A DNA stretch of 64,000 nucleotides from Leptogorgia sarmentosa (lineage: Eukaryota): contig OZ210884.1 in assembly GCA_964658305.1 (NCBI GenBank), positions 3,782,001 through 3,846,000 on the forward strand. Direction: 5' to 3'. The notes under the pieces are model-generated. The model was not told where the DNA came from, did no database searches, and was given only the letters and a program-made list of their open reading frames with translations. Positions 1 to 11,950 of this stretch are shown piece by piece (within the stretch, counting starts at the first letter, position 1; each line of letters begins with the position of its first letter). Both the position numbers and the translations under genes were made by a program.

Positions 1-1147
1 AAATTTGGCTATAGAATTTTGTTTTCTATTCATAAACGTAATAAAGAGAAACGAATTCATCAAAATACCAGCAAATTTTGCCATAAAACCTTTTATAGGG
101 AAAATGTGGTACATTGAATAGTCTAATAATATACAAATACACATTAATTAAAATTTGGCAATTCTGGCTGATTTCGCTTTTGTTTACTGGGTTACTGTTC
201 ACAAATGTAAACAATGGCACAAGAATGTAGCAGAAAACCAATTAATTTTGTCACCATCAAAAGTTTAAAATTCTCCACCATGCAATTTTCACGCAACTTG
301 TAAGTGAAAATTATTTCATGATCATGCTTTGTTTTGGGAAGAAAAAAATTGATGTGTTTTAATCGGAATTCAGAATAATACGAATTTACTTTTTGGATTA
401 AAAAGTTGAGAAAAATTGTAATAGTTGAGGTGTTACAAAGCGACGAAATTTCAAGCATTGCGAAGTTAAATTGAAACAAAAATCGGCAGTAATGCAACAT
501 ATGGCGTAATTTGACAAAGAAAACAGTAGTCAGAAGCGACGCTGCGAGGCTGATTGCGAGAGAGTATAATTTTGCAACTACAATGGCAAACTTTCAATGT
601 TTAGGATAAAAAGCTTATCGCTGTAAACTATACGGGGGAGGGGAGTCATACCATTAATAAAATTCATACCACATGGGAAATTTTGATAAACACTGGTCCA
701 ATCGAATCTTTTTGACAATATGTTGGAAATTTATTCGTTATTTGTTGCCTGAAAAGTTTTGCGTGAGTATTGTGAATGCAATAATTTGTTAATTGACTTT
801 ATGCTACTTCATTATCCAAAGAGAGTGCAAGTAGGCAGAGTGTTAAGGTTGTTGAGAAAATAAAAATAAAAATGTTGGATGAAATGTTTAAAAATGTTCA
901 AAACCACGATACATGCAACCCAAAATAATATTCATGAAAAAATACATCTTACGAATGCTTCTTTTGAAAATTTGCGCAAAATATTCCTAAGCAATTAAAG
1001 GATGCGTTAAAACTTGCATATAAACTTATATAAACCTAACCTTTCTTTTTTCTTTCCTTTTTTTTCTTTTTTCTTTTATTTTTATCTTCACTTCAATGCA
1101 CGATATAGTTGTTGAGATTCCCACTAATAGCAAATCTATATTTTCAG

Positions 1148-1553
1148 CCATCGAATACTGTGGCACATGCAAGGGGCCTACCGTAAAGCCTGCATGTGGA
1201 CATCTGGTCCACTTGCAGGATGTGAGCGATCTTCCCTTCGGGGAAAGATTTCTATGTTCTGTGTGCAAGTATGTCTCAAATACATTCTTTGATATACAAT
1301 TAGAAAATACACTCTTGACAATTACTAACTTTTCATGTCTTCTTCTTGTTTTTTGTTGTAATAGAAAATTCGATCACAGAGTCTCGTCGTTATTATAAAC
1401 GACTTTAATTTTTGGATAGATTTACTCAAGTATGTATGAAGATTTACGCTATCTATGCATTAAATGACAACAGTATCACAAGATCTACAATTTTTATTTA
1501 TATATTTATTTGTTTTCTCTTACAGTGTTTTCATGGTTGCAATGAAAAAGTAA
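1148..1553 (+). pseudogene. Mini-RING gene, divergent variant; exon 1 missing and a 2-nt insertion giving TAA in exon 3
   Basis: Exon 2 reads CGTCKGPTVKPACGHLVHLQDV...CSVCK with the same splice signals as the other copies. TTA TTA TAA at ~1390-1398 breaks exon 3. Confidence 0.7.
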
Positions 1554-2766
1554 ATTGTCAGTAATAAATGTTCAAAACCAATACATTTGTGTGTGTGTTT
1601 TTATTTCACCGGCGCCATATGTGCGGGGTAATACTACAACCCATTCTACTACCCTATTATAGGTAATTTATTAACACCAATTTTGAAAAATTAAATTATT
1701 TAGATTAAATGACTCGTCAAATTTATGTCGCGTTAATTTAGTGCATCGTTAACTTCCTATAATGACGTGTGTATGATATAATTGTTATTCTTAATTATTA
1801 TTCGTTATACAAAAAAAAAAACAAAACAAAAAAACTTCAGCATACGTCACAAAACTTTAGCTATATATACGCGCATACATGTAAGGCTTCGCATTTCTCA
1901 ACACGTACTCAGTATGGATATCACTGAAGTTAGGAAGATGAATGCCAAGGAACAGAAGAACTTCAGAAGAAAGGAAAAAGAGAGAAAAGAACGAGCAAAG
2001 ATAACTGAGGCGTTCCTAATGAAGAAGTACGCCCCATCAGGCAGGAGCTTCAAGAACACATCCGAACAACCCTACTATCCCAAACCTCTTCACCAAAAAC
2101 CACCACACCAGCAACGCAAACCCGTGAAACCTCACCAAACCTTATTCCCTCCACAGATCCCTTTTTCATCCTCGATCCTTTTTTGGATGAATTTATGACA
2201 GATCCCTTTTTGATCCCCGATCCTTCTTTGGATGAATTGACAGTGGACCTGCCAGATCTGGGGGACATTTCCCATGATCTCCAGTTATTATAAATAAAAA
2301 ACAAAAAACTCCATTACAACATGGACAGCATAACAACCATCATCGATATGGACGGTTTTACCGTAAACAAGAAATTCTACTGCAAGGGGCTGGTTATGAT
2401 TAAAAAGAATCAAACCTATGCCACATCCATACTCTTCGAAATTCGACCTCGGGTTAAACTGGAAACACCTCACCGAAAAAGACAAAAAATCAGCGCGTTT
2501 CCTCGAGAAGCACATCCACAAGATCCGTTTCAACTCCCCCTCAACCGTCCCAGTATCCAACCTACCTCAAATCGTAAGAACATATTTCAGCGAACCAGAA
2601 ACTTTGGTGGCTTATAAGGGAGGACATTTTGAAAAAAGATCTACTGGACCAACTAGGAATTCCATCCGTCAAACGGGAAAACTTTAGATGCCCCAAAGCC
2701 GAACAGCTGTTTCAGAAACTTGGATGGTTGGAGACCTGTGGACACCAGATCACCCCCGACGCATAC

Positions 2767-2927
2767 CAGGGGTGGGGCATAACAGGCATGGGGTTTTAAG
2801 ATTACCAAAAATAATTTTTTTTTAAACATGATGAAAAGTGGGGGGGATAATTAGATATTCGTCCCCCCCACTTCAAAAAGTGGGGGGGACGCGTCCCCCC
2901 ATCCCCCCCCCAGGATTGACGCCCTTG
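2767..2927 (-). mobile_element. G/C-run hairpin MITE fragment truncating ORF-C (also ~4977-5135, ~7089-7246, ~9195-9353)
   Basis: The minus strand starts CAAGGGCGTCAATCCTGGGGGGG, a typical MITE end with internal GGGGGGG/CCCCCCC stems. It replaces the ORF-C C-terminus present at 12399-12444. Confidence 0.65.
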
Positions 2928-3114
2928 ATAGAATGTGATCTGGCACCGATCCATATGAGATTGGTCGAAGAGGTTTCATTTATAGTTGTATAGGTTTTTG
3001 TCATTTATATGCAATAAAAGTCACTTCATATAGATCATTAGACCTAAATTAATGCAAAACATATCGTATATATATAGCCGTCATACATGTATAGACTCAT
3101 AGCCGGCACCTGAA

Positions 3115-3762
3115 ATGGCATCAACTCAAGGAGGTATATATCTATAAACCTAACCTTTCTTTTTTTCTTTCCTTTTTTTTTTCTATTTTCTTTTATTTTT
3201 ATCTTCACTTCAATGTACGATATAGTTGTTGAGATTCCCACTAATAGCAAATCTATGTTTTCAGCCATCGAATACTGTGGCACATGCAAGGGGCCAACCA
3301 TTATGCCGTTATGTGGACATCGAGTCCACATAATTGAAATATCCGATCTTCCCTTCGGGGAAAGATTCATCTGCAATATTTGCAAGTATGTCTCAAATAC
3401 ATTCTTCGATATACATTTAGAAAATATACTCTTGACAATTACTAACTTTTCATGTCTTCTTCTTGTTTTTTTTTTGTATTAGAGTGTCAGATGAGAGAGT
3501 TACGTCGTTGATGAACGACGTTGACTTCTGGCTTGACCTTTTTAAGTATGTATGAAGATTTACGCTATCTATGCCTTCAATGACAACAGTATCACAAGAT
3601 CTAGAATTTTTATTTATGTATTTATTTGTTTTCTCTTACCCGTGTTTTCATGGTTGCAATGAAAAAGTGATTGTAATAAATGTTCAGAACCAATACATTT
3701 GTGTGTGTGTGAAAACACTCTCTTACAGTGTTTTCATGGTTGCAATCGGAAAAAAAAAGTAG
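3115..3762 (+). CDS. Spliced mini-RING (RING-H2 variant) protein, copy with duplicated last exon (ends NVFMVAIGKKK)
   Basis: Exons 3115-3133, 3265-3385, 3483-3545 and 3729-3762 join in frame with GT-AG introns. The first copy of exon 4 has its acceptor mutated to CCG; the duplicate has CAG. Confidence 0.7.
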
Positions 3763-5322
3763 CGTGATTCTAATAAATGTTCAAAACCGATACATTTGTG
3801 TGTGTGTTTTTATTTGACCGGCGCCATATGTTCGGGGTAATACTACAACCCATTCTACTACCCTATTATAGGTAATTTATTAACACCAATTTTGAAAAAT
3901 TAAATTATTTAGATTAAATGACTCGTCAAATTTATGTCGCGTTAATTTAGTGCATCGTTAACTTCCTATAATGACGTGTGTATGATATAATTGTTATTCT
4001 TAATTATTATTCGTTATACAAAAAAAAAACAAAACAAAAAAACTTCAGCATACGTTACAAAACGTTTAGCTATATATACGCGCATACATGTAAGGCTTCG
4101 CATTTCTCAACACGTACTCAGTATGGATATCACTGAAGTTAGGAACATGAATGCCAAGAAACAGAAGAACTTCAGAAGAAAGGAAAAAGAGAGAAAAGAA
4201 CGAGCAAAGATAACTGAGGCGTTCCTAATGAAGAAGTACGCCCCATCAGGCAGGAGCTTCAAGAACACAACCGAACAACCCTACCATCCCAAACCTCTTC
4301 ACCAAAAACAACCACAACAGCAACGCAAACCCCTGAAACCTCACCAAACCTTATTCCCTCTACAGATCCCTTTTTCATCCTCGATCCTTTTTTGGATGAA
4401 TTTATGAAAGATCCCTTTTTGATCCCCGATCCTTCTTTGGATGAATTTACAGTGGACCTGCCAGATCTGGGGGACATTTCCCTTGATCTCCAGTTATTAT
4501 AAATAAAAAAACAAAAAACTCCATTACAACATGGACAGCATAACAACCATCATCGATATGGACGGTTTTACCGTAAACAAGAAATTCTACTGCAAGGAGC
4601 TGGTTATGATTAAAAAGAATCAAACCTATGCCACATCCATACTCTTCGAAATTCGACCTTGGGTTAAACTGGAACCACCTCAGCGAAAAAGACAAAAAAT
4701 CAGCGCGTTTCCTCGAGAAGCACATCCACAAGATCCGTTTCAACTCCCCCTCAACCGTCCCAGTATCCAACCTACCTCAAATCGTAAGAACATATTTCAG
4801 CGAACCAGAAACTTTGGTGGCTTATAAGGGAGGACATTTTGAAAAAAGATCTACTGGATCAACTGGGAATTCCATCCGTCAATCTGGAAAACTTTGGATG
4901 CCCCAAAGCTGAACAGCTCTTCCAAAAACTTTGATGGTTGGAGACCTATGGACACCACATCACCCCCGACGCATACCAGGGGTGGGGCATAACAGGCATG
5001 GGGTTTTAAGATTACCAAAAATATTTTTTTTTTAAACATGATGAAAAGTGGGGGGGATAATTAGATATTCGTCCCCCCCACTTCAAAAAGTGGGGGGGAC
5101 GCGTCCCCCCATCCCCCCCAGGATTGACGCCCTTGATAGAATGTGATCTGGCACCGATCCATATGAGATTGGTCGAAGAGGTTTCATTTATAGTTGTATA
5201 GGTTTTTGTCATTTATATGCAATAAAAGTCACTTCATATAGATCATTAGACCTAAATTAATGCAAAACATATCGTATATATATAGCCGTCATACATGTAT
5301 AGACTCACAGCTGGCACCTGAA

Positions 5323-5877
5323 ATGGCATCAACTCAAGGAGGTATATATCTATAAACCTAACCTTTCTTTTTTTCTTTCCTTTTTTTTTTCTTTTTTCTT
5401 TTATTTTTATCTTCACTTCAATGTACGATATAGTTGTTGAGATTCCCACTAATAGCAAATCTATGTTTTCAGCCATCGAATACTGTGGCACATGCAAGGG
5501 GCCAACCATTATGCCGTTATGTGGACATCGAGTCCACATAATTGAAATATCCGATCTTCCCTTCGGGGAAAGATTCATCTGCAATATTTGCAAGTATGTC
5601 TCAAATACATTCTTCGATATACATTTAGAAAATACACTCTTGACAATTACTAACTTTTCATGTCTTCTTCTTGTTTTTTTTTTGTATTAGAGTGTCAGAT
5701 GAGAGAGTTACGTCGTTGATGAACGACGTTGACTTCTGGCTTGACCTTTTTAAGTATGTATGAAGATTTACGCTATCTATGCATTCAATGACAACAGTAT
5801 CACAAGATCTAGAATTTTTATTTATATATTTATTTGTTTTCTCTTACAGTGTTTTCATGGTTGCAATGAAAAAGTAA
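5323..5877 (+). CDS. Spliced 76-aa mini-RING (RING-H2 variant) protein MASTQGAIEYCGTCKGPTIMPLCGHRVHIIEISDLPFGERFICNICKVSDERVTSLMNDVDFWLDLFNVFMVAMKK
   Basis: Exons 5323-5341, 5473-5593, 5691-5753 and 5850-5877 total 231 nt in frame. Donors are GTATAT/GTATGT/GTATGT; intron 2 has a TACTAAC branch point and a pyrimidine tract. There is a TATA run upstream and AATAAA at 5887. Confidence 0.78.
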
Positions 5878-7433
5878 ATTGTCAGTAATAAATGTTCAAA
5901 ACCAATACATTTGTGTGTGTGTTTTTATTTTACCGGCGCCATATGTGCGGGGTAATACTACAACCCATTCTACTACCCTATTATAGGTAATTTATTAACA
6001 CCAATTTTGAAAAATTAAATTATTTAGATTAAATTATTCGTCAAATTTATGTCGCGTTAATTTAGTGCATCGTTAACTTCCTATAATGACGTGTGTATGA
6101 TATAATTGTTATTCTTAATTATTATTCGTTATACAAAAAAAACAAAACAAAAAAACTTCAGCATACGTTACAAAACGTTTAGCTATATATACGCGCATAC
6201 ATATAAGGCTTCGCATTTCTCAACACGTACTCAGTATGGATATCACTGAAGTTAGGAACATGAATGCCAAGAAACAGAAGAACTTCAGAAGAAAGGAAAA
6301 AGAGAGAAAAGAACGAGCAAAGATAACTGAGGCGTTCCTAATGAAGAAGTACGCCCCATCAGGCAGGAGCTTCAAGAACACATCCGAACAACCCTACTAT
6401 CCCAAACCTCTTCACCAAAAACCACCACACCAGCAACGCAAACCCGTGAAACCTCACCAAACCTTATTCCCTCCACAGATCCCTTTTTCATCCTCGATCC
6501 TTTTTTGGATGAATTTATGACAGATCCCTTTTTGATCCCCGATCCTTCTTTGGATGAATTTACAGTGGACCTGCCAGATCTGGGGGACATTTCCCTTGAT
6601 CTCCAGTTATTATAAATAAAAAACAAAAAACTCCATTACAACATGGACAGCATAACAACCATCATCGATATGGACGGTTTTACCGTAAACAAGAAATTCT
6701 ACTGCAAGGAGCTGGTTATGATTAAAAAGAATCAAACCTATGCCACATCCATACTCTTCGAAATTCGACCTCGCGTTACACTGGAACCACCTCACCGAAA
6801 AAGACAAAAAATCAGCGCGTTTCCTCGAGAAACACATCCACAAGATCCGTTTCAACTGCCCCTCAACCGTCCCAGTATCCAACCTACCTCAAATCGTAAG
6901 AACATATTTCAGCGAACCAGAAACTTTGGTGGCTTATAAGGGAGGACATTTTGAAAAAAGATCTACTGGACCAACTAGTAATTCCATCCGTCAAACTGGA
7001 AAACTTTAGATGCCCCAAAGCCGAACAGCTGTTTCAGAAACTTGGATGGTTGGAGACCTGTGGACACCATATCACCCCCGACGCATACCAGGGGTGGGGC
7101 ATAACAGGCATGGGGTTTTAAGGTTACCAAAAATAATTTTTTTTTAAACATGATGAAAAGTGGGGGGGATAATTAGGTATTCGTCCCCCCACTTCAAAAA
7201 GTGGGGGGGACGCGTCCCCCCATCCCCCCCAGGATTGACGCCCTTGATAGAATGTGATCTGGCACCGATCCATGTGAAATTGGTCGAAGAGGTTTCATTT
7301 ATAGTTGTATAGATTTTTGTCATTTATATGCAATAAAAGTCACTTTATATAGATCATTAGACCTAAATTAATGCAAAACATATCGTATATATATAGCCGT
7401 CATACATGTATAGACTCACAGCTGGCACCTGAA

Positions 7434-7986
7434 ATGGCATCAACTCAAGGAGGTATATATCTATAAACCTAACCTTTCTTTTTTTCTTTCCTTTTTTTTT
7501 CTTTTTTCTTTTATTTTTATCTTCACTTCAATGTACGATATAGTTGTTGAGATTCCCACTAATAGAAAATCTATATTTTCAGCCATCGAATACTGTGGCA
7601 CATGCAAGGGGCCAACTATTATGCCGTTATGTGGACATCGAGTCCATATAATTGAAATATCTGATCTTCCCTTCGGGGAAAGATTCATCTGCGATATTTG
7701 CAAGTATGTCTCAAATACATTCTTCGATATACATTTAGAAAATACACTCTTGACAATTACTAACTTTTCATGTCTTCTTCTTGTTTTTTTTTGTATTAGA
7801 GTGTCAGATGAGAGAGTTACGTCGTTGATGAACGACGTTGACTTCTGGCTTGACCTTTTTAAGTATGTATGAAGATTTACGCTATCTATGCATTCAATGA
7901 CAACAGTATCACAAGATCTAGAATTTTTATTTATATATTTATTTCTTTTCTCTTACAGTGTTTTCATGGTTGCAATGAAAAAGTAA
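7434..7986 (+). CDS. Spliced 76-aa mini-RING protein (array copy)
   Basis: Exons 7434-7452, 7583-7703, 7800-7862 and 7959-7986; all splice sites intact. Confidence 0.78.
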
Positions 7987-9540
7987 ATTGTCAGTAATAA
8001 ATGTTCAAAACCAATACATTTGTGTGTGTGTTTTTATTTTACCGGCGCCATATGTGCGGGGTAATACTACAACCCATTCTACTACCCTATTATAGGTAAT
8101 TTATTAACACCAATTTTGAAAAATTAAATTATTTAGATTAAATGACTCGTCAAATTTATGTCGCGTTAATTTAGTGCATCGTTAACTTCCTATAATGACG
8201 TGTCTATGATATAATTGTTATTCTTAATTATTATTCGTTATACAAAAAAAAACATAACAAAAAAACTTCAGTATACGTTACAAAACGTTTAGCTATATAT
8301 ACGCGCATACATATAAGGCTTCGCATTTCTCAACACGTACTCAGTATGGATATCACTGAAGTTAGGAACATGAATGCCAAGAAACAGAAGAACTTCAGAA
8401 GAAAGGAAAAAGAGAGAAAAGAACGAGCAAAGATAACTGAGGCGTTCCTAATGAAGAAGTACGCCCCATCAGGCAGGAGCTTCAAGAACACATCCGAACA
8501 ACCCTACCATCCCAAACCTCTTCACCAAAAACCACCACACCAGCAACGCAAACCCGTGAAACCTCACCAAACCTTATTCCCTCCACAGATCCCTTTTTCA
8601 TCCTCGATCCTTTTTTGGATGAATTTATGACAGATCCCTTTTTGATCCCCGATCCTTCTTTGGATGAATTTACAGTGGACCTGCCAGATCTGGGGGACAT
8701 TTCCCTTGATCTCCAGTTATTATAAAAAACAAAAAACTCCATTACAACATGGACAGCATAACAACCATCATCGATATGGACGGTTTTACCGTAAACAAGA
8801 AATTCTACTGCAAGGAGCTGGTTATGATTAAAAAGAATCAAACCTATGCCACATCCATACTCTTCGAAATTCGACCTCGGGTTAAACTGGAAACACCTCA
8901 CCGAAAAAGACAAAAAATCAGCGCGTTTCCTCGAGAAGCACATCCACAAGATCCGTTTCAACTCCCCCTCAACCGTCCCAGTATCCAACCTACCTCAAAT
9001 CGTAAGAACATATTTCAGCGAACCAGAAACTTTGGTGGCTTATAAGGGAGGACATTTTGAAAAAAGATCTACTGGACCAACTAGGAATTCCATCCGTCAA
9101 ACTGGAAAACTTTAGATGCCCCAAAGCCGAACAGCTGTTTCAGAAACTTGGATGGTTGGAGACCTGTGGACACCACATCACCCCCGACGCATACCAGGGG
9201 TGGGGCATAACAGGCATGGGGTTTTAAGATTACCAAAAATATTTTTTTTTAAACATGATGAAAAGTGGGGGGGATAATTAGATATTCGTCCCCCCCCACT
9301 TCAAAAAGTGGGGGGGACGCGTCCCCCCATCCCCCCCAGGATTGACGCCCTTGATAGAATGTGATCTGGCACCGATCCATATGAGATTGGTCGAAGAGGT
9401 TTTATTTATAGTTGTATAGGTTTTTGTCATTTATATGCATTAAAAGTCACTTCATATAGATCATTAGACCTAACTTAATGCAAAACATATCGTATATATA
9501 TAGCCGTCATACATGTATAGACTCACAGCTGGCACCTGAA

Positions 9541-10095
9541 ATGGCATCAACTCAAGGAGGTATATATCTATAAACCTAACCTTTCTTTTTTTCTTTCCTT
9601 TTCTTTTTCTTTTTTCTTTTATTTTTATCTTCACTTCAATGTACGATATAGTTGTTGAGATTCCCACTAATAGCAAATCTATGTTTTCAGCCATCGAATA
9701 CTGTGGCACATGCAAGGGGCCAACAATTATGCCGTTATGTGGACATCGAGTCCATATAATTGAAATATCTGATCTTCCCTTCGGGGAAAGATTCATCTGT
9801 AATATTTGCAAGTATGTCTCAAATACATTCTTCGATATACATTTAGAAAATACACTCTTGACAATTACTAACTTTTCATGTCTTCTTCTTGTTTTTTTTT
9901 TGTATTAGAGTGTCAGATGAGAGAGTTACGTCGTTGATGAACGACGTTGACTTCTGGCTTGACCTTTTTAAGTATGTATGAAGATTTACGCTATCTATGC
10001 ATTCAATGACAACAGTATCACAAGATCTAGAATTTTTATTTATATATTTATTTGTTTTCTCTTACAGTGTTTTCATGGTTGCAATGAAAAAGTAA
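9541..10095 (+). CDS. Spliced 76-aa mini-RING protein (copy in the half unit)
   Basis: Exons 9541-9559, 9691-9811, 9909-9971 and 10068-10095; all splice sites intact. Confidence 0.78.
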
Positions 10096-10544
10096 ATTGT
10101 CAGTAATAAATGTTCAAAACCAATACATTTGTGTGTGTGTTTTTATTTTACCGGCGCCATATGTGCGGGGTAATACTACAACCCATTCTACTACCCTATT
10201 ATAGGTAATTTATTAACACCAATTTTGAAAAATTAAATTATTTAGATTAAATGACTCGTCAAATTTATGTCGCGTTAATTTAGTGCATCGTTAACTTCCT
10301 ATAATGACGTGTGTATGATATAATTGTTATTCTTAATTATTATTCGTTATAATAAGAATAGAATGTGATCTGGCACCGATCCATATGAGATTGGTCGAAG
10401 AGGTTTTATTTATAGTTGTATAGGTTTTTGTCATTTATATGCAATAAAAGTCACTTCATATAGATCATTAGACCTAAATTAATGCAAAACATATCGTATA
10501 TATTTAGCCGTCATACATGTATAGACTCACAGCTGGCACCTGAA

Positions 10545-11186
10545 ATGGCAACAAGTCAAGGAGGTATATATCTATAAACCTAACCTTTCTTTTTTTCTTT
10601 CCTTTTTTCTCTCTTTTTTTTATTTTTATCTTCACTTCAATGTACGATATAGTTGTTGAGATTCCCACTAATAGCAAATCTATGTTTTCAGCCATCGAAT
10701 ACTGCGGCACGTGTAAGGGGCCCACGGTAATGCCGTCATGTGGACATCGGGTCCACATAAATGATGTAGCTGATCTTCCCTTCGGGGAAAGATTCATTTG
10801 TAATATTTGCAAGTATGTCTCAAATACATTCTTTGATATACATTTAGAAAATACACTCTTTACAATTACTAACTTTTCATGTCTTCTCCTTGTTTTTTTT
10901 TGTATTAAAGAATCAGATGAAAGAGTCACGTCGCTGCTGAACGACGTTGACTTCTGGTTAGACTTATTCAAGTATGTATGAAGATTTACGCTATCTATGC
11001 ATTCACAGACAACAGTATCACAAGATCTAGAATTTTTATTTATGTATTTATTTGTTTTCTCTTACCCGTGTTTTCATGGTTGCAATGAAAAGTGATTGTA
11101 ATAAATGTTCAGAACCAATACATTTGTGTGTGTGTGAAAACACTCTCTTACAGTGTTTTCATGGTTGCAATCGGAAAAAAAAGTAG
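10545..11186 (+). pseudogene. Mini-RING gene, third sequence variant (MATSQG...CKGPTVMPSCGHRVHINDVA); intron-2 acceptor mutated
   Basis: TATTAG has become TATTAA at the intron-2 acceptor, although the retained intron is in frame and stop-free. The duplicated last exon is one A short. Confidence 0.6.
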
Positions 11187-11543
11187 CGTGATTCTAATAA
11201 ATGTTCAAAACCAATACATTTGTGTGTGTTTTTATTTTACCGGCGCCATATGTGCGGGGTAATACTACAACCCATTCTACTACCCTATTATAGGTAATTT
11301 ATTAACACCAATTTTGAAAAATTAAATTATTTAGATTAAATGACTCGTCAAATTTATGTCGCGTTAATTTAGTGCATCGTTAACTTCCTATAATGACGTG
11401 TGTATGATATAATTGTTATTCTTAATTATTATTCGTTATACAAAAAAAAACAAAACAAAAAAACTTCAGCATACGTTACAAAACGTTTAGCTATATATAC
11501 GCGCATACATATAAGGCTTCGCATTTCTCAACACGTACTCAGT

Positions 11544-11923
11544 ATGGATATCACTGAAGCTAGGAAGATGAATGCCAAGAAACAGAAGAACTTCAGAAGA
11601 AAGGAAAAAGAGAGAAAAGAACGAGCAAAGATAACTGAGGCGTTCCTAATGAAGAAGTACGCCCCATCAGGCAGGAGCTTCAAGAACACATCCGAACAAT
11701 CCTACCATCCCAAACCTCTTCACCAAAAACCACCACACCAGCAACGCAAACCCGTGAAACCTCACCAAACCTTATTCCCTCTACAGATCCCTTTTTCATC
11801 CTCGATCCTTTTTTGGATGAATTTATGACAGATCCCTTTTTGATCCCCGATCCTTCTTTGGATGAATTTACAGTGGACCTGCCAGATCTGGGGGACATTT
11901 CCCTTGATCTCCAGTTATTATAA
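11544..11923 (+). pseudogene. Cassette ORF-B: bZIP-like basic N-terminus plus acidic/hydrophobic C-terminal tail in a second frame (one frameshift). Other copies at 1914-2293, 4123-4502, 6236-6615, 8346-8725 and partial 12562-12765
   Basis: Frame 1 gives MDITEARKMNAKKQKNFRRKEKERKERAKITEAFLMKKYAP. The shifted frame continues IRQELQEHIRT...DPFFILDPFLDEFMTDPFLIPDPSLDEFTVDLPDLGDISLDLQLL* with no stop. TATATATA lies upstream. Confidence 0.55.
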
Positions 11924-11950
11924 ATAAAAAACAAAAAACTCCATTACAAC

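Noticed and set aside
1630..1660. ACTAC motifs as a Polinton terminal (AGT)n repeat
   Set aside because: Not a true AGTAGT/ACTACT terminus, and no inverted partner is visible.
2025..2045. 14-nt GT..AG segment (GTACGCCCCATCAG) whose removal would repair the ORF-B frameshift
   Set aside because: Far too short for a normal animal spliceosomal intron and a weak donor; treated as coincidence.
7531..7872. Unspliced 113-aa ORF MYDIVVEIPT... as the real RING gene
   Set aside because: Its ATG lies in an intron-like pyrimidine-rich region and half the copies are frameshifted in a T-run. The spliced model is in frame in four copies with strong signals.
8482..8988. Minus-strand ORFs across the array (up to 168 aa)
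   Set aside because: They are antisense shadows of ORF-B/ORF-C with no motifs, and their lengths change with small indels.
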